Assembly: GCA_001642005.1 (NCBI GenBank)
Contig: LWCA01000102.1
Location: forward strand, 1 to 54,731
DNA: 54,731 nt
Reading direction: 5' to 3'
Source of the DNA: Intoshia linei
Lineage: Eukaryota > Animalia > Orthonectida
The position numbers and the translations under genes were made by a program. The notes under the pieces are model-generated. The model worked only from the letters and a program-made list of their open reading frames with translations. It made no database searches and had not been told where the DNA came from. Positions 52,063 to 54,731 of the stretch are shown piece after piece (the stretch's first letter is position 1; each line of letters starts with the position of its first letter).

Positions 52063-53215
52063 TAAAAAAATGGGATAATAATTGTTTATAAAATTATTTA
52101 CGCAATATTAACAAAAAAATTAAGATGGAATAAATTACTGTAAAGTAAAAAGTAATGTAATATGACGGTTCCACCTGAAACCAGTTTGAAAACCACTCCT
52201 TTAAATGATTAAAGTAGCGAGGGACAAAAAAGATTTGGAATACCTTTAGTAGACACAGAAAAGGAACCTGACTAATAAATGGTCACATTTCTAGTGATTA
52301 GTTAACACTGTTTACTGTAATAATCCAAATCAATTTTTTTTGAAAGTTTTGAATTTTACTGCCTAAAATAAAAATATATCTAATCTAGAATCTAGAATGT
52401 AGAGTAAGAATAGATTATAATCTTTAACCATGGAAAACATTTCATGAGAAAAGATGAAATTTGAGTGGAAGGAATTCATATTAAAAAAGTGAAATTATAT
52501 TATAATAGTAGTCATAATAGTAATATAATATACATGTATGTAATAAAGAAAGTTTCCACGACTTAACTGTCATGCATTATATTAAATTAAATTATTGATT
52601 TATTAGTTATTATTAATGAGATAAAACGACATTCTTTTTAGTTGTACAATTTTTTTATTATGGTATACATGCCATATTAATATAATTATTTAAGTAAATT
52701 CAAAATATACCCACTAACAGGAAATTTAACACTGAATGTATTCTATTATAAAAGTAACATTGTTTAATAATTATATTTCGGGTAAATATCTCGAAATTTG
52801 GACAATATAATAAAATTATGGATAACACGTATCTGCACATTATTTATAACAGGCGTGACAATTTTACTATGATAGTTTGTAGTTTGTCCAATGTACATTG
52901 ACTTTAATATTTATTGATTTTGAACTATTAATATACAAAATATTATATAAAATATAATGCAGATTATATATTAGAGACTTAATTAAAATTTACGTCCTTA
53001 AATTATTATTAAATTTTCTAGTTACTATTAATTAATTAATAATAATTTCATAAAATCATTACTAACATTACTAACTAAAATTAAACTTTAACACGGCATT
53101 TTAAATTAATATTTACTTCCTATTAATTTAAAAAAAATTTATTATAATACGATGTAATATACAATGATACGATATAATGTTTATAATTTAATATATAATA
53201 AAATAGATTTAATTG

Positions 53216-53970
53216 TTCTTACTTATATCATATCCAGTCCAAGTCCACATTTCAATTACAGTTTTTTCCGAGGGTGTTAGCAAAATAAATTTACAACCTT
53301 CCAAACTCACATCTTACCGGTCAAAAACCCCAATTGTCCTTTTTTTGAAAATCAAACGAGTTGGAGAATTTAAAAAAATGTATACTTTGATACGGATTTT
53401 AAAATCATAAACATTATCATAAATTTAAATTTAAAAAAATTATATTTTCAAAGCCAAAACCACAATTTACCCGTCTTTTTTTAATGAATTTAAAAAAAAA
53501 TTATAGTTGGTACAGTTGTATCCTATTAACACACACAAAAATTTTTAATCCGAATAAGTGACGCTTTCACGGTCAAAAAAGCATTTTAGCACTCATATAT
53601 TTTTTTTCCGAAATATTTTATTAAAACAAAAAATGTGAAATAATTAACATCCGAAAATTAAAAAAAAAGATTATTCGGATAGAGCTTACTCCAGTTGATA
53701 TAAATACAAAAGTTCAACCAGAGAAATCTACGCATTCCCAAAGAAAAATAATTTTTAATATATTGTCAACCAATATTTTTCAAATAATTCGATTAAAATA
53801 AAAATTGAAAATGTGAATATTGATCCCACAATTTCAAAAAAAATGTGCATTGAACGTCTACACATTTCCAATAATATAATAAAAATCTATATAATTCATT
53901 CTTTCGTATTTTTTTTCATTGCTACGCAATTTTTAAATGTTCATTTTCAAAAATTTCAACCCCAGAAATC
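53216..53970 (+). mobile_element. Helitron-like repeat family copy
   Basis: Reverse-complement near-copy of 26737-27480; begins TTCTTACTTATA. Confidence 0.55.
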
Positions 53971-54731
53971 TTCAAAATCAGAAATCTATTTTAAAAAAGA
54001 AATATTTTGACTTTTTGAATTAATTGATCTGCAATGATCTATTTTCAGTCACATCATTACCAGTGACAAAAGTGAGTGATTTGGCCTGATGTTTAAAAAT
54101 AGGACCTAAAACTGTGCATATAACCTGAAACATGTACATTGTACAATTGTACATGATGGTTACATAAAGTCAGAATGTGTATGTTAATTTTAAATTTATA
54201 AAATTACCGACTGTTAAAAAAGATTTTAACAAAATTTTCTAAAGGTAAATTTTATAAATAAATATATTATATCTATAATGTCTATAATTAAATTTATTAA
54301 CTGAAGTGTAATGTTAAAATATGGAAAGATGTAAAATAATTTATTCAAATTTTAAAATTCGTTTAATTCGTTTACCTGTTACAAGTTAATCTAAGTATTA
54401 TTATTGATATATTAATTAATAAATATGATAAAAAGTAAAATATTGAGATATTTTGAAATTATTTTAAGTGGTTTCCAATAATTTTTTTTATTTATTTTTG
54501 TTAGCTAGATTTAAATTCTAACGCCATTATTTGTAAGTATATCCAATAGAGTTTAATTTTCTCAATATTATCATGCGCTGTTATTATTGTTTTAGTCAAT
54601 ATTGGCGTAGTTATGATGTATTCATTTTGAGAATGTAATTTAAAATATATATAAAATATATATATATATATATAAGTATAGTTTATTTTTCAGTATTTAA
54701 TTACCGAAACTATCAGTATTTTCAACAAAAA

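Noticed and set aside
1-54731. tRNA, rRNA, snRNA or snoRNA genes; alternative genetic code
   Set aside because: None recognisable by eye (a covariance-model search would be needed), and conserved genes translate cleanly with the standard code.
52100-54731. Short ORFs 53213-53410 and 53813-54010
   Set aside because: They lie within the dispersed repeat family in very AT-rich DNA, with no exon structure or motifs.

Overview
AT-rich eukaryotic (animal) genomic DNA with intron-containing genes, many introns only ~30-50 bp (e.g. 37 bp at 5291-5327). The compact layout, tiny introns and divergent proteins resemble a reduced parasite genome such as the orthonectid Intoshia; that assignment is inference and unconfirmed. 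Genes reconstructed by hand across exons: 3' end of ABCE1/RLI1, a BAZ1A/B (ACF1/WSTF)-like DDT-PHD-bromodomain gene, DDRGK1, an acidic orphan, a Cys-rich single-pass membrane orphan or pseudogene, a Max/Mlx-like bHLH gene largely missed by the ORF track, a tandem cNMP-binding (CNBD2-like) gene, ERCC6/CSB, AK6/Fap7, DHX37/Dhr1 and one more orphan. Introns and spacers hold decayed transposons: pogo/Tigger, Tc1 (DD34E), two Ty3/Gypsy LTR elements, hAT MITEs with 8-bp TSDs, a foldback MITE and a Helitron-like repeat family. Most notable observation: the LTR element at 32461-34160 has no tRNA primer-binding site. The 11 nt abutting its 5' LTR are instead perfectly complementary to a site inside the LTR ~25 nt downstream of a TATA box, the geometry of Tf1-type self-primed reverse transcription, in what looks like a non-chromovirus Gypsy lineage.
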